Assembly: GCF_001186125.1 (NCBI RefSeq)
Contig: NW_014040335.1
Coordinates: 51,357 to 96,788 of the forward strand
Origin: Sphaeroforma arctica JP610
Taxonomy: Eukaryota
Direction: 5' to 3'
DNA length: 45,432 bases
The notes under the pieces are model-generated. The model had not been told where the DNA came from. It searched no databases and saw only the letters and a program-made list of their open reading frames with translations. Position numbers and translations under genes: made by a program. Shown here piece by piece: positions 15,524 through 30,063 of the stretch. The first letter of the stretch is position 1; the number at the start of each line of letters is the position of its first letter.

Positions 15524-17089
15524 ATGCCAACACCACCAATAATTGATCCTCTGCCCGAGAAGTTCAACCGAGGTAACTCGAAAAGTGATTCAACCAGGGA
15601 GACATACGTCGACAATCCCAATTTGTCAGACTTCTGCAACTACAGTTTGCGAACAGCCGCCAGGGCGAAGAAGAAGTGTCGTACTGAAATCAAGCCGAGT
15701 CAGTGGAGTAGGCACGGGTTCAAGTATGCGAAGAACCTCACGAGTATAGAACAGAGTATGTCGAGAGATACGGATATAGCAAGGGTTGATGCTAAGCATG
15801 TGACACCGCAGATGTTTGCGGAGCGGTTTGAGTCTGGGCGAGGAACACCATGTGTGGTGGTCAATACGACAGAGGGCTGGCCGGCAGTAAAGAACTGGAC
15901 ATGGAAGCAGTTGGCAAAAGATTACGGTGACGTTAAATTCAAAGTGGGCACAGATGACGACGGGTATCCGGTCAAGATGCGCATGAAGTACTTCATTGAG
16001 TACGCGCGCAACCAGAGCGACGATTCGCCTCTGTACTGTTTTGACAGTTCATTGGGCGACAAGAAAGAGAAACAGTCCATGCTGCGCGATTATGAGGTGC
16101 ATCCATTTTTCACAGACGATTTGCTGCAGCATGCAGGGGAGCGCAGAAGGCCTCCATACCGATGGCTCGTGATGGGTCCCGAGAGATCGGGGTCTGGTAT
16201 ACATATTGACCCTCTGGGAACGAGTGCATGGAATACCTTGGTGAGTGGCCATAAGAGATGGATACTATTCCCACCGGGAACATCTGCCGAAATGGTGAAG
16301 TGCCCGAAGGGTGTGGAGTCAGAAGCTATCAGCTGGTTCAACCATATATATCCTACGTTTTTCCGGCCCGATTATAAGGGACCAAGACCGATAGAGGTCC
16401 TACAGAGACCCGGAGAGACTATGTTTGTGCCTGGGCTGTGGTGGCACGTAGTTTTGAACTGTGATGAGACAGTAGCAATTACGCAGAACTTCGCCTCGAG
16501 AACCAACTTCCCGCTGGTCTGGCGGAAGGTGATGAAAGGCAGGGTCAAGATGAGTGTCAAAATGTTAGATACCCTCCGAAAGGTAGCCCCGGATTTGGCG
16601 GCGATTGCTAACCAGACAAGGATGGATGTAGAGAATGGTATGTACGCAGGCGAGTACTCGAGTAGTTCCAGTAGCAGTAGCAGTAGTTCGTCTAGTAGCT
16701 CGAGTAGTTCTGAGAGTGACAGCGACATTGCCATGGAAACAAGCACCAACAACAGTCCTAAACGTGGCAACGGCAGCGAGGACAATCGCGATTTGGCCCG
16801 TGCAAAGATAGAGGGTTCGGGTGGACGCAGAAGTAAAAAGGGAAGTAAGAAACGTAGAAGCTCGAGTTCACGCGACTGCTGTATGTGTGAGCGGTGTGTG
16901 CGAGACTGTGATGTGTGCATGGACCGGCACGAGCGCCGAGTGCGAAGACAGCGCGAGAGAGGGGATGCATTGGAGGTTCTGGGGTTGGACGCCGATGGAG
17001 TGAGGATTGTATGCAAGGAGAGAGGGCTTAGAAGGGACGGCAAGGATAGTAAGAAGAAGCGTAAGAAGGGCGGAGACAGCTCAGACTAG
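15524..17089 (+). CDS. JMJD6: JmjC-domain Fe(II)/2-oxoglutarate oxygenase JMJD6 (PSR), single exon, 521 aa
   Basis: Uninterrupted ORF with FKVGTDDDGYPVKMRMKYF, DDSPLYCFDSS, GERRRPPYRW, GSGIHIDPLGTSAWN (HxD), QRPGETMFVPGLWWHVVLN (distal His) and AITQNFAS, followed by the poly-Ser tract and basic NLS-like stretches typical of JMJD6. Confidence 0.96.
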   Translation: MPTPPIIDPLPEKFNRGNSKSDSTRETYVDNPNLSDFCNYSLRTAARAKKKCRTEIKPSQWSRHGFKYAKNLTSIEQSMSRDTDIARVDAKHVTPQMFAERFESGRGTPCVVVNTTEGWPAVKNWTWKQLAKDYGDVKFKVGTDDDGYPVKMRMKYFIEYARNQSDDSPLYCFDSSLGDKKEKQSMLRDYEVHPFFTDDLLQHAGERRRPPYRWLVMGPERSGSGIHIDPLGTSAWNTLVSGHKRWILFPPGTSAEMVKCPKGVESEAISWFNHIYPTFFRPDYKGPRPIEVLQRPGETMFVPGLWWHVVLNCDETVAITQNFASRTNFPLVWRKVMKGRVKMSVKMLDTLRKVAPDLAAIANQTRMDVENGMYAGEYSSSSSSSSSSSSSSSSSSESDSDIAMETSTNNSPKRGNGSEDNRDLARAKIEGSGGRRSKKGSKKRRSSSSRDCCMCERCVRDCDVCMDRHERRVRRQRERGDALEVLGLDADGVRIVCKERGLRRDGKDSKKKRKKGGDSSD

Positions 17090-18852
17090 GTGCAGTGCAT
17101 CTCAGGGCTTGTACATGGAAGGTTGTTGGTAGCGTCCACGTGATGTTTACTAGGCGGCGGCGGCGGCGGCGCTCGCCCCGGAATAAATAGTCAACAAAAT
17201 CCAGTAAGACCCAATGATGGTTCAAGCAGTTTGTTTGTGGGCTCGAATTTCGCAACAGAATAGATTTGGTTGCTATACATGCACAGCAACTCGGCGTGGA
17301 TTATGAGGTGTGAAGTACTTACTGTATTCTGTAGTCCAAAAAGAAAACATGAATATTTGGATTTGAATTTGTATTGTGTCTTGAATCGTAAATATGCAGT
17401 ATGTCGAAGAGACAATCCGTGTGCTGAAAATGAGCCGATAGCAATACATTGAGTACGAATTGGGTTCCGAGGTTTTCTGAGGTGCGATGTTGTCACCAGT
17501 TGAATCGCGATACGCAAGTGAAATCTCATCAAGTCATCTCGAGATTTCAAGTAGTTGCATCTTTTTCAGACGCCAATTAGTTTATTTCTACGGGTTCGCC
17601 TGCCTGTGCATCCCGGACTGCCTTAACATGCATATATTTGAAGAAAAATAAAGGTATACAACCGCGGCTAACCTACAAGCATTGGCCTATGAAGACACCT
17701 GTTGCTAAATATCCCTAGTGGGCGCGCAGTGTTGTATCGCGTTGCGTGACTGAGTGATGTGCAACGGTAACCCTTACCCTACGCTATAATGTAAAGATTG
17801 TTTTAGGTCCGACAGTCTACATCTGGGGCCTCTGGAAAATCAAATGGAATAAATTGCATATACATCGAACATGTGTACAATCACATGTTAAGGAGTTCCA
17901 TTTGCTGTTAAAACATGCGTGCAATATAATGACTGAAGATATCTGTAAGCGTGCCCAGGAGTTCATGACACATTATTTGGATACATGATGATATACTATT
18001 TAGATGCAGATGCACTCGTGTTGTGTACGATGACATGAAGGAAATCTCCATACACATATGTATACAATACACACAGTACTTTAATATATTCACAATACAT
18101 ATCCAGGTGTATTATAAATATACATACAAATACTGCAACGCCCGGGCGAGACGGATGCGTCAAGGGCTTTTCTCTGCATTATACATATCTATTTTCGTAG
18201 ACTGTTTTATCTAACTACACTAATTGCTTCTGTTCACACCAAGGTACGATATCTCAATCAACTAATTCACCCTCAAAGTCGTGTATCCCGCAATAACGAA
18301 TCAGTCCTACGAATTGTATCTCAACATCGGTACATCCGTATGGTAAGATTTACATCGAGAATCCTAATTGCAGAAGCAAAACTTTCACACCTGAATATGA
18401 TTGTAAACGCCGGATCAAAAACGTACATATATGGGAAATTCTAGACATGTCCACGATTATACATATGCATGTAATTAAGTTCTGTTGATGTAGTTGCACA
18501 AAGTATGGTAAATCTACACGAATAGTCAGCTGGAATGTCGAGTAAAAGTGAGAGGTACTTAGTTTTAACACAGTATCAGTTATACCCGGGCCAACACTTG
18601 GGATATTCATGCATAGTTAATCATATAAACATGCGCTCTATGTGGCTGCATCCGTGTCTATGTCACTATTCTTTTTTATCTCCTCTCCGGTAAGTATAGA
18701 GTACTAAAGTAACTTGAGGCGATAAACGACTCTTTTCTATGTAAACACATACAGACGTAATTGTACTTGCATCAATCTGCTGCTAGTCAGGTTTCCAGAG
18801 AATTCAAACTACGATTTATATGGTGAAATAAAAACTTTATAAATTATAAACT

Positions 18853-21800
18853 TCATCTCACTTCAGCATTCAAGTGGCTGCGCAACAGCTTGGCACTTTC
18901 GTCGCATAATTCCGACTCGTACACGGCCATATTCTCCAACCAGCCCAGCGCTTGCAGAAGAGCTATACACCCACTATTTGAAACAAAACAATCATTAATT
19001 CATGGATTAATTACAAAATTGAGTGCATGAACTGGGCGCTATCCGTGCCACTGACTGTATAGGAGCGCTGTAACTTTCTCACTGTGGCATGACGGTTTAG
19101 GATGTGATAAGACTTGCAAACTCGAGAACGCTCCGTAGAAGACATGCACTGTTGATATTCTCCTTCAGCTAAACAGAAAGGTCGTATATGTACATCACAG
19201 GTACAATCATTCAGACATGCGCAGAGTTCATTCGGGTAAAATAAACTCCTAGAACACTGAATGTATGCTCGATATAGATGAACTCAAATAGTTGCAATAC
19301 TGGACTTCCTCGGGGCGTACGTGGTCTGTACGTGCCCCCTCACCCACTTATTTACCGCAAGACTATGTCTGACTTGATGAGTGAATATAAATATAATGAT
19401 ACCACATTACACAATGGTCTTCCACATAAGTTGACATATGCATCAGAAAACGTGGCGCATAGCAACAATCTGGCATGCAGGTTCTATTCATTATCGATTC
19501 AACTAAAAAAAAAATGGCGTACAATCGATATGTACGTGCCACGCACACGCCCAACAGTTTCCACTTGATACAAAGTAGGCGAACGCAAATATAACTAACA
19601 CAGAAAAGCACACCTACCTATCACACGATCCTTTCAGAAGGGTATCGGTCGAGTTTGGCGCATAGTTGAGACCCAGACCCATGCCCACCTCTTCATTGTT
19701 CAGCACTAAGCGGGGCACGCTGTTTCGTATAAGCCCTGGTAACCGATTTGCTGGACCAACTGTCAGACTCGTGCCAGCAATGATGAGTAGATCACTCGAC
19801 TGTGCATCTAGCTCCCAGTGCATGAAGAACTCGCGCGGCAAACTGAAACATAGGAACTGTATGTCAGTGGCGTGCAAATATACAGAGAACCCCTATTTTG
19901 TCACATTGGTTAGCTTTGAAATACGGCTTTGGCGGCTGGAGCTTGCACTCATTGTACACATCCGCGTTTATGTATTCGCAAAACAAAGATACTATATGAA
20001 GTGTGCCCGGCGCTAGGAAGCATGCTCGAATGCAGATTTGCCAAACCAACCTCTGTAATTGGTTCGATATCTTATCTAGCAGCATGCTCTGCGCCTGTCT
20101 TACCGGGGTCACCGGTTGAAAAGACACAAATTACGAATCGTTTCAGAGGTAATAACCCTATTAGCAACAATTTAACCGTAAAATACTTCGTAAATTGAAC
20201 TCAGGTATACCACCGCTTCCAGTCCAAATATTCGTACCACTTTAACCTTTCGTTACAACGCTAAAATACACACCTTCTACTTACCTGCTCCCGTATAGTA
20301 CTGTGTCGGGTTTCATATACGGCTTTCCGCAAGACGGACAAGGTATAGGGCTCGATTTTTTCGGGGCCAAGTCATCACCACTATTGTATATGTCTTTGAT
20401 ATGAGTCCGTGTCTGCCAGTCGTATGAATTTTCGTATTAGTGATTCATCAAGAATCTGTCAGGACCGAAGATGCCAGCATTGCCCACGATCAATATCAAA
20501 TCCAACCAGATCCGATGATAGTAACACGACCCAGCTGCTCTGCAGTATGTGTGATCACGCGAGTGGTTTACATCGGCTTTGCTCAGTCACAACGCACCAC
20601 AAACACTCGCACTGTCCACTATTAACTTGAGAAAAGTGCGCTTCTACACATACAACTTAGCTATGACTTCCAACTGCATGCGTAGTGAACCTACCAACTC
20701 ACGGAATTTGGCACTGTCCATTTCGGTTTTGCAGCTTTCGCATTTGATAACCATCAGAGACCCGTGCACCGGGATGATCTTCTTGGGCGGCACACTGGTC
20801 TTGAAGTCTAGTCCATCTGCAGTACACAAAGGGTCCCTCATCAGCACACACACTCACAAAAATTCACAAAAATTCAACATAAATTCATATAAATTCAGAA
20901 CCAGTAGCATACTGAGGGCATTTAAACTCCTTCTAGAGTTTTCACTGTACTCAGGTATGTAGTAAGATGCTCTACACATGCCAGCGGCGAAGCCGGCTGG
21001 AGGAATTCGTAATACCAACCTTACATGTATGTACATGCATACAGTCACAAACCACAGGGATCATTCCCTGAAGCACTGTGTATTCTCGGCTTAACCACGT
21101 AAACAGTGGGAACGTTCACTCCACACTGGCAGGAAAACTTACCAATATTTTGTGTATACACGCGCGTCAGCAGCCCTTTCTTGTGCAGCACATCGGACAG
21201 GAAATGCATCAATGTGGGTCTCCATTGGTTGCCCCCTAGACCCAGTATGAATGGTCGACGCAGTTCTAGGTATGGCAGCTGTGTTTCCCGGAACAAGTCT
21301 AAGCTCACCACGTGTATCGGGTCAATTCTCATCGCTTGTCTCTGCAATGATTGTAAAAAATAAACAAGAACTTAGTAACTGTGTTTAGAAGATTGTTCGA
21401 ACGTTTGCTATCGCTTGTCTACATAATGATTGCAGATAAGTATTGAAAAATATTGCTTAACTGTGTAGTTTTTCTAGAATACTCGTCGGAGAATGAGAGA
21501 CAGCTACTAAGAGAATTCTTCGAATGTTTACTGGCTTGGACGTCATTTTCTTGAAAACGCGGATTGTTCACTTGTGAAGTCGTATGGGTATGTGGGGTCG
21601 CAAGCATCTGACAAGAGAGCTCACCATCGTGGCATAACTATACGCGGTTGCAATTAACTAGGGCATGTATATGTGCATCGCAGTGTGCTTCTACGAGTTT
21701 GTCCAGCAAACCGTATGCTCACGAGCACATCGTGTTGTATACATTGTTATGTGATCGACGCTATTGATTTTAAGACGTTGTGTTTAGAAATGTGGATTTA

Positions 21801-22513
21801 AATCTTCGTATAAGGTTTCGTCTAGCTGTAAACTTCACGCTACCTGCTCTTCGGTGGCTGTCAGTAGGTTGGGCTTGAGGGTGTCGTACATTCCACCCAC
21901 ACTTCTGAAGTCTGGGATGCCGGATGCAGTGCTCACCTATACGTATTATATCAGACCATGGATGACTTGATGTTCTACTAAATCGAGATTCCAAAGTGTT
22001 GAATACAGGCTATTTTCACGGCTTATTCAGCAAACTCCCATAGAATGTAGTAGGAACAAACCGTCATGATCATACCAGTCACTAATCGTCGTCATGTTCA
22101 TACCAGTCACTAATCGTATACATATAGAATTAGTAAAAACTTGGACGTATGTGCTCGCGATATTTGAACGTATGTAAAGTGTTCATAATTCTTAAGGCAG
22201 GGTGAACGAATCCAACTGAGTTGGATTCCAATACACAATTGGTATCTTTAAGCCAGTTCACACCGGTATGTATACAGTAAAGTCGCGTTTTAATCTTTCG
22301 TCCTTGTGAATGCGACACTGTTTGCCAGATACGAAGACATCGATATTATCAAACAGCTGCAACATTGAAGTATCTCTACCAGTAGATACATACACAACAC
22401 CAGTAACATACCCCGGCTCCAGATAATATCATGATATTTCGTATCCTGCCCGATAATATACTAGCTGCTATTGCGTCAACTTTTGCCTTCGTCATATTGT
22501 TGCCGGGCATCAT
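18853..22513 (-). CDS. NAD+-dependent deacylase, Sir2/sirtuin family (class-I-like), 7 exons
   Basis: Exons 22513-22412, 21936-21844, 21341-21143, 20816-20695, 20412-20285, 19842-19618, 18973-18853. Motifs: SGAG-VSTASGIPDFRS, YTQNIDGLD, VHGS (catalytic His), Zn ligands CESC and CPSC, MKPDTVLYG, IAGTSLTVGPAN, PRLVLNNE, GSCD...LGW. Confidence 0.93.
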
Positions 22514-23794
22514 CAATCAATTGTGTCTGCTAACTGTGTGTCAAAAAGGCACATTAAGGTGTACTTTACCATTGATAGACCAAGGATTTGTCTTCGTCAA
22601 ACATTAACAATTGCACATAGAGAGCCGTTGACCACATTAAAATAAGCGGTGCGCAGCACCTGTATTGTTCGTCTCTGAGTCTGAGAGTCTGAGACTTGAT
22701 CTCAATCAGAGGCATCGCTTCCTAAAAAAAAAGAACATTTTCAGAAGGTTGGTGCATAAATACCCAATACCCAATACCCAAGGAACTCAATGAACCCTAA
22801 AAACCAATTATGCCGTGTTCGAATGTTCGGGACTTCGGGTCCCCGGGTGAGCAAACTGATTTACTGATTCGGAGTTTCCGACTGATTGCGGGGCAACATC
22901 TCAGAACGTTTTACGTTAACCAAAAAACGTTTGCATTTAACTTTTATTTATTTACATAAACATACATACGTGTGTACCATATATCCCATGTTATCTATGG
23001 AAATAAGTCTGTTGCAGGGTATTTTTATATAAAAAATATTACAAAACCGAGAAAAAAAATAAACGTATGATCCATAGGCCAGTGCGGCATATGTAGCCCA
23101 TACTCTACCCTAATAACAGTCAACAATACTGTCTACTTGATATTTATGTAAATATGTATTTCCATACATGAGTAATGACTTGAGCCAAGACGCAAGTGTC
23201 ATAAACACGGCCCTCAGGATCAGGACTACAATAGACTATAGAGTCTGCTATAAATAATTTACGATTTCCGCTAGTCGACCTGAGTTCTGCTCGAGACCCT
23301 AATCACTGATGGCCTAATCAGTATTCCCCGATCCCCAGTCCCCACTCCCCAGAGAGGCCAGAGGGCCGTCCCGGTCATCAAACAACAAGCCGGGTCTGCC
23401 TGGGACAGTTAATCAGAGTAGCGCAGAGTTCAATCGGCGTATTAGCCAATCATATCACAGATACAATTGCCTTTTTTTGATCGTTTCATACGTCCGAAAA
23501 TATCAAAACAACACAGACGAAGTACAACTCGACGAGAAACAATGACGGACAAGAGAAGAGTGTGTGTTGGATAGACCGATAGAGAGGCCGGATGAATGAC
23601 GATAGTATACACTCCACCCTACACAGTGGATAATATTTAAATAACTGTGTAATAACAACTACACTGGTACATTTGTATCAAGTCTACACATATTCACTGT
23701 GTAAATAAAAGGTTGAGAAATATTTTTTTCGCCACGCATATAGTCTATATTTCACACACCGAACACACACACAAAACAACTCAAATCGAACAAG

Positions 23795-25944
<2,150 letters not shown>

Positions 25945-26485
25945 TTGGAGACCTCGTCTCTGGCTACCATCCGTTGCGTCAGGGTTTTCAAGTATGTTAA
26001 TCGAGTAAGAAGTATTTCCCGGGTACGGAACATAGTGTGTGTGTTTGCTAATAAAATATGTCAAATATCATCAGCTCACTTTTGAATATACAGCCGATCT
26101 CTCCTAATAACATTAGTCAGAACGATAGTAAGAATCACACTGTTGTATGTGAGAACTTACTTCCTTTATGACTCAAAGTGGAAACTGGTTGTAGCAGCAC
26201 AATACACTAAATGAGAAAGGAGTGAACTTTTTCCCACGGATTGCTCTCCACGATATATTTGTGCATGATTGTGAATCAGATGAGCTGGCTTCGATATTTA
26301 TAATAAGTTCAGCGTTCGTATATAGGTCACCCCTAGTCAATCTGGAGCCTCAAAAAAAAACCCCCCAATGCTTAGTAATAGATAGCTTTCTTTTAGGCTG
26401 AAAGCATGTGTTTTCATGTATACATGTATGTTCTCACGATACTCAAATTACTTGCATAAGTATGTAACAATGAACACATATCAAC

Positions 26486-26584
26486 TATATATATATATAT
26501 ATATATATATGCTTATGTGTGCATGTACGTATGTATATGTATGCACGTACCTATATGTTGTATATATATACAAATATACAAGTG

Positions 26585-26623
<39 letters not shown>

Positions 26624-27637
26624 CTNNNNNNNNNNNNNNNNNNNNNNNNNNNNNNNNNNNNNNNNNNNNNNNNNNNNNNNNNNNNNNNNNNNNNNNNNNN
26701 NNNNNNNNNNNNNNNNNNNNNNNNNNNNNNNNNNNNNNNNNNNNNNNNNNNNNNNNNNNNNNNNNNNNNNNNNNNNNNNNNNNNNNNNNNNNNNNNNNNN
26801 NNNNNNNNNNNNNNNNNNNNNNNNNNNNNNNNNNNNNNNNNNNNNNNNNNNNNNNNNNNNNNNNNNNNNNNNNNNNNNNNNNNNNNNNNNNNNNNNNNNN
26901 NNNNNNNNNNNNNNNNNNNNNNNNNNNNNNNNNNNNNNNNNNNNNNNNNNNNNNNNNNNNNNNNNNNNNNNNNNNNNNNNNNNNNNNNNNNNNNNNNNNN
27001 NNNNNNNNNNNNNNNNNNNNNNNNNNNNNNNNNNNNNNNNNNNNNNNNNNNNNNNNNNNNNNNNNNNNNNNNNNNNNNNNNNNNNNNNNNNNNNNNNNNN
27101 NNNNNNNNNNNNNNNNNNNNNNNNNNNNNNNNNNNNNNNNNNNNNNNNNNNNNNNNNNNNNNNNNNNNNNNNNNNNNNNNNNNNNNNNNNNNNNNNNNNN
27201 NNNNNNNNNNNNNNNNNNNNNNNNNNNNNNNNNNNNNNNNNNNNNNNNNNNNNNNNNNNNNNNNNNNNNNNNNNNNNNNNNNNNNNNNNNNNNNNNNNNN
27301 NNNNNNNNNNNNNNNNNNNNNNNNNNNNNNNNNNNNNNNNNNNNNNNNNNNNNNNNNNNNNNNNNNNNNNNNNNNNNNNNNNNNNNNNNNNNNNNNNNNN
27401 NNNNNNNNNNNNNNNNNNNNNNNNNNNNNNNNNNNNNNNNNNNNNNNNNNNNNNNNNNNNNNNNNNNNNNNNNNNNNNNNNNNNNNNNNNNNNNNNNNNN
27501 NNNNNNNNNNNNNNNNNNNNNNNNNNNNNNNNNNNNNNNNNNNNNNNNNNNNNNNNNNNNNNNNNNTACATATATATATGTGTGAATATGTATTTATGTA
27601 TTATGTATACATGTATATATGTATATAAGTATATATG

Positions 27638-27675
<38 letters not shown>

Positions 27676-27889
27676 ATAAATTTGTATATATGTATATATG
27701 TATATATGTATGTATGTACTTATGTATATATGTATATTTGTATATATGTATATGTTTTATGTGTATATATGAAGAAATGTATACATGTATGTATGTATGT
27801 TTGTATATATGTATATTCGTATATATATAAATATGTGTGTGTGTTTATATGTATATATATATATATATAGATATATGTATGTATGTATG

Positions 27890-27920
<31 letters not shown>

Positions 27921-27965
27921 ATTTATATAAATATATATATAGATAAATATATATCTATATCTCTA

Positions 27966-27996
<31 letters not shown>

Positions 27997-28049
27997 CTCT
28001 GTATATATCTATATCTATATATATATATCTATATTTATCTATATATATT

Positions 28050-28089
<40 letters not shown>

Positions 28090-28090
28090 G
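26486..28090. repeat. Low-complexity (AT)n/(CA)n/(TATG)n tract surrounding an N gap of about 940 nt
   Basis: Directly visible; Ns at about 26626-27566. Confidence 0.95.
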
Positions 28091-28296
28091 AGTATGTATT
28101 TGTAGCATAAGAAGATATAAACGTAAATTTATTGAACTCGTTTTTAATATACACATGTTTTTTTTTCATATTTACAAGTTTTCAAATTGTCTGATTTACA
28201 TCTTTAATATCTATCGTGTCTCTGCTGAGTGTAGTCATAGGCTTCCTGCCCACCATACTGATTGTGTATATTATTGTTGTTAGTTATGTATTGAGA

Positions 28297-28953
28297 TCAT
28301 TGCCGAACAAACTGCGATCCCATTGGATGTGGGATGTAGGGTGCTGTTTGCTGATGATTTGTTGCGTACTGTGGAGCAAACACATGTTGGTATTGTGGTA
28401 TGCTTTTGAATGTATCCAGCCCATTGTCATACGGTAGAGGTATTGAATGTGGAGAATTGTAAGTATCAGATACACCAATTGGTAAGTAATGCTTGGTCCT
28501 ATTATACACTGGCGGACCCGGCAGTACCTGCGGGTCGTCGGGTATGGTATGTATGTTGGTTGTTGTCTGTGGTTCAACGGGTGCAGTAGGTATGTTGGAT
28601 GTTGTCTGTGGTTTGACGGGTGCAGTGTGTATGTTGGTTGTTGTCTGTGGTCCGGCGGGTGCGGTGCATATTTTCGTAGTTGGTAGTGCTCGCATAGTAG
28701 GTGTGTCATCGAGTGTTACTGACTCTTCATCTTGACCTACATCATTGTCATGTTCGCCTACATTATCATGTTCACCTGTTGCGTCATGTTCATCTATTGC
28801 GTCATGTTCACCTATTGCGTCATGTTCACCTATTGCGTCATGTTCGCTTATTGCGTCATGTTCACCTATTGCGTTACCTACATCTGCAGAATCCCCTCCA
28901 CCCCCATTATTACCGTCCGCATGCTGCCCAAATTGATCTCCATAAGCCTGCAT
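28297..28953 (-). CDS. Hypothetical low-complexity protein (218 aa) with GEHDAI and TNIxTAPVxPQTT repeats; 5' end uncertain
   Basis: The ORF stays open across two in-frame repeat arrays (18-nt and 39-nt units). The composition is acidic and then T/P/Q-rich, like a disordered protein. No recognisable domain. It may instead be a terminal exon entered at the cag|GCT acceptor near 28947. Confidence 0.45.
   Translation of the reverse strand: MQAYGDQFGQHADGNNGGGGDSADVGNAIGEHDAISEHDAIGEHDAIGEHDAIDEHDATGEHDNVGEHDNDVGQDEESVTLDDTPTMRALPTTKICTAPAGPQTTTNIHTAPVKPQTTSNIPTAPVEPQTTTNIHTIPDDPQVLPGPPVYNRTKHYLPIGVSDTYNSPHSIPLPYDNGLDTFKSIPQYQHVFAPQYATNHQQTAPYIPHPMGSQFVRQ
28748..28873. repeat. 18-bp coding tandem repeat (tcatgttcacctattgcg), about 7 copies
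   Basis: Directly visible; translates as GEHDAI-like units on the minus strand. Confidence 0.9.
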
Positions 28954-29211
28954 TAATTCTCATTTTTACGAGATTTTCTATGTTTGATCTCTCAATGTTT
29001 CCATCGTCCTTTAATGGACTCAGTCGGGCTGTATACATCTCACATTTGTACCAAGCAATACAATCTATCATATGGACTTGCCCCTTAGTTTCCAGAACCG
29101 AACCTCTATACTTCCAAGTAAGTGATGCTTTGTTAGTCTTGGTTTTCTTGATATAGAATCCCTCCCAGTCCTCTTGTTATAAGCCGGGCCTTCACATTAG
29201 ACTCTATGTTA

Positions 29212-29338
29212 TAAACGTACTCTTAAGCAGTACGCAAATTCCCAAACCTACTCTTAATGGTATGAGGAACTCAAATTCCTAAACGCGTACTCTTAATAGT
29301 ACGAGGAACTTAAGTTTCCTAAACGTACTCTTAATAGG
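29212..29338. repeat. Degenerate tandem repeat of about 30-40 bp with core aaacgtactcttaa, 4 copies
   Basis: The core tactcttaa recurs four times, with ...gaggaact-aa-ttcctaaac spacers. Confidence 0.75.
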
Positions 29339-30063
29339 GATAATATTATTTATTTCAAAAATGGCAAGTATGTATGATACAATGTATGAACATATGGTTT
29401 GGCTCTCATAGTCGCTGTAGTGGTTCAGGAAAGATTTATGGGAAGAAGTGGTCAGTAAATTCCTGTTTGAAGCTTGAGCCAAGTGAGTCGACAATGGAAG
29501 ATATGTGCTGAGTCCAGGATTAGTGAGATATTGAAAGAATTCATGTCCTCTGATATTTATTTATTTTTTAAAAATTTATTGTGTTTCTGTAACTGACAAC
29601 TTGTGACAAATGACAACTTGACACAAGTGGCAACTGACAAGAAAAAAAAGATGGCGGGCGCGCCAAAAATTCGGACAATTTCTGCAGAACGGAGTGACCT
29701 GACAAAAGCACCTAACATATATGAAAGGGTACTATTTAAATATAAAAGTTACAACTAATGTTTATTCGAGGCAAAATAAAAGTTGCAACTTTTAACGCAT
29801 TGAGCTCTGCGCTCAGGTCTCGGTATATTTTATAGTACCCCAAAAAACAAATGAAACAAATACGTATCAATGCAAAACGTACTTATTGTAAAGCAGCGTT
29901 CAGAAGTTCAGGGCCAGGCTTCAGGCCTTCAGCAAGTCTGCAGTGCAGAATCAGTTCAGCACTCGTATATTGTAGTCTAAATTTAACAAGCCCGGCCCGA
30001 CCGACCGTTTTTTGACTTTTGAAAAGTTGAAAGCTGAAAATACGAAGTCCCTGCAAACAATTT

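Noticed and set aside
16372..17043. 223-aa antisense ORF within JMJD6 (similarly 30580-31143 within the bZIP gene)
   Set aside because: Shadow of codon bias and low complexity on the coding strand; no domain signal.
22817..22848. GTTCGA plus a C(UUCG)G hairpin suggesting a tRNA or ncRNA (also GGTTCGA at 20061, 30320, 42236)
   Set aside because: No cloverleaf or A-box could be built, and the 42236 instance is inside a coding exon.
26416..28283. Long ORFs with X runs and YI/CV repeats (also 13171-13637, 33694-34101, 37678-38802)
   Set aside because: Artefacts of N gaps and dinucleotide microsatellites.
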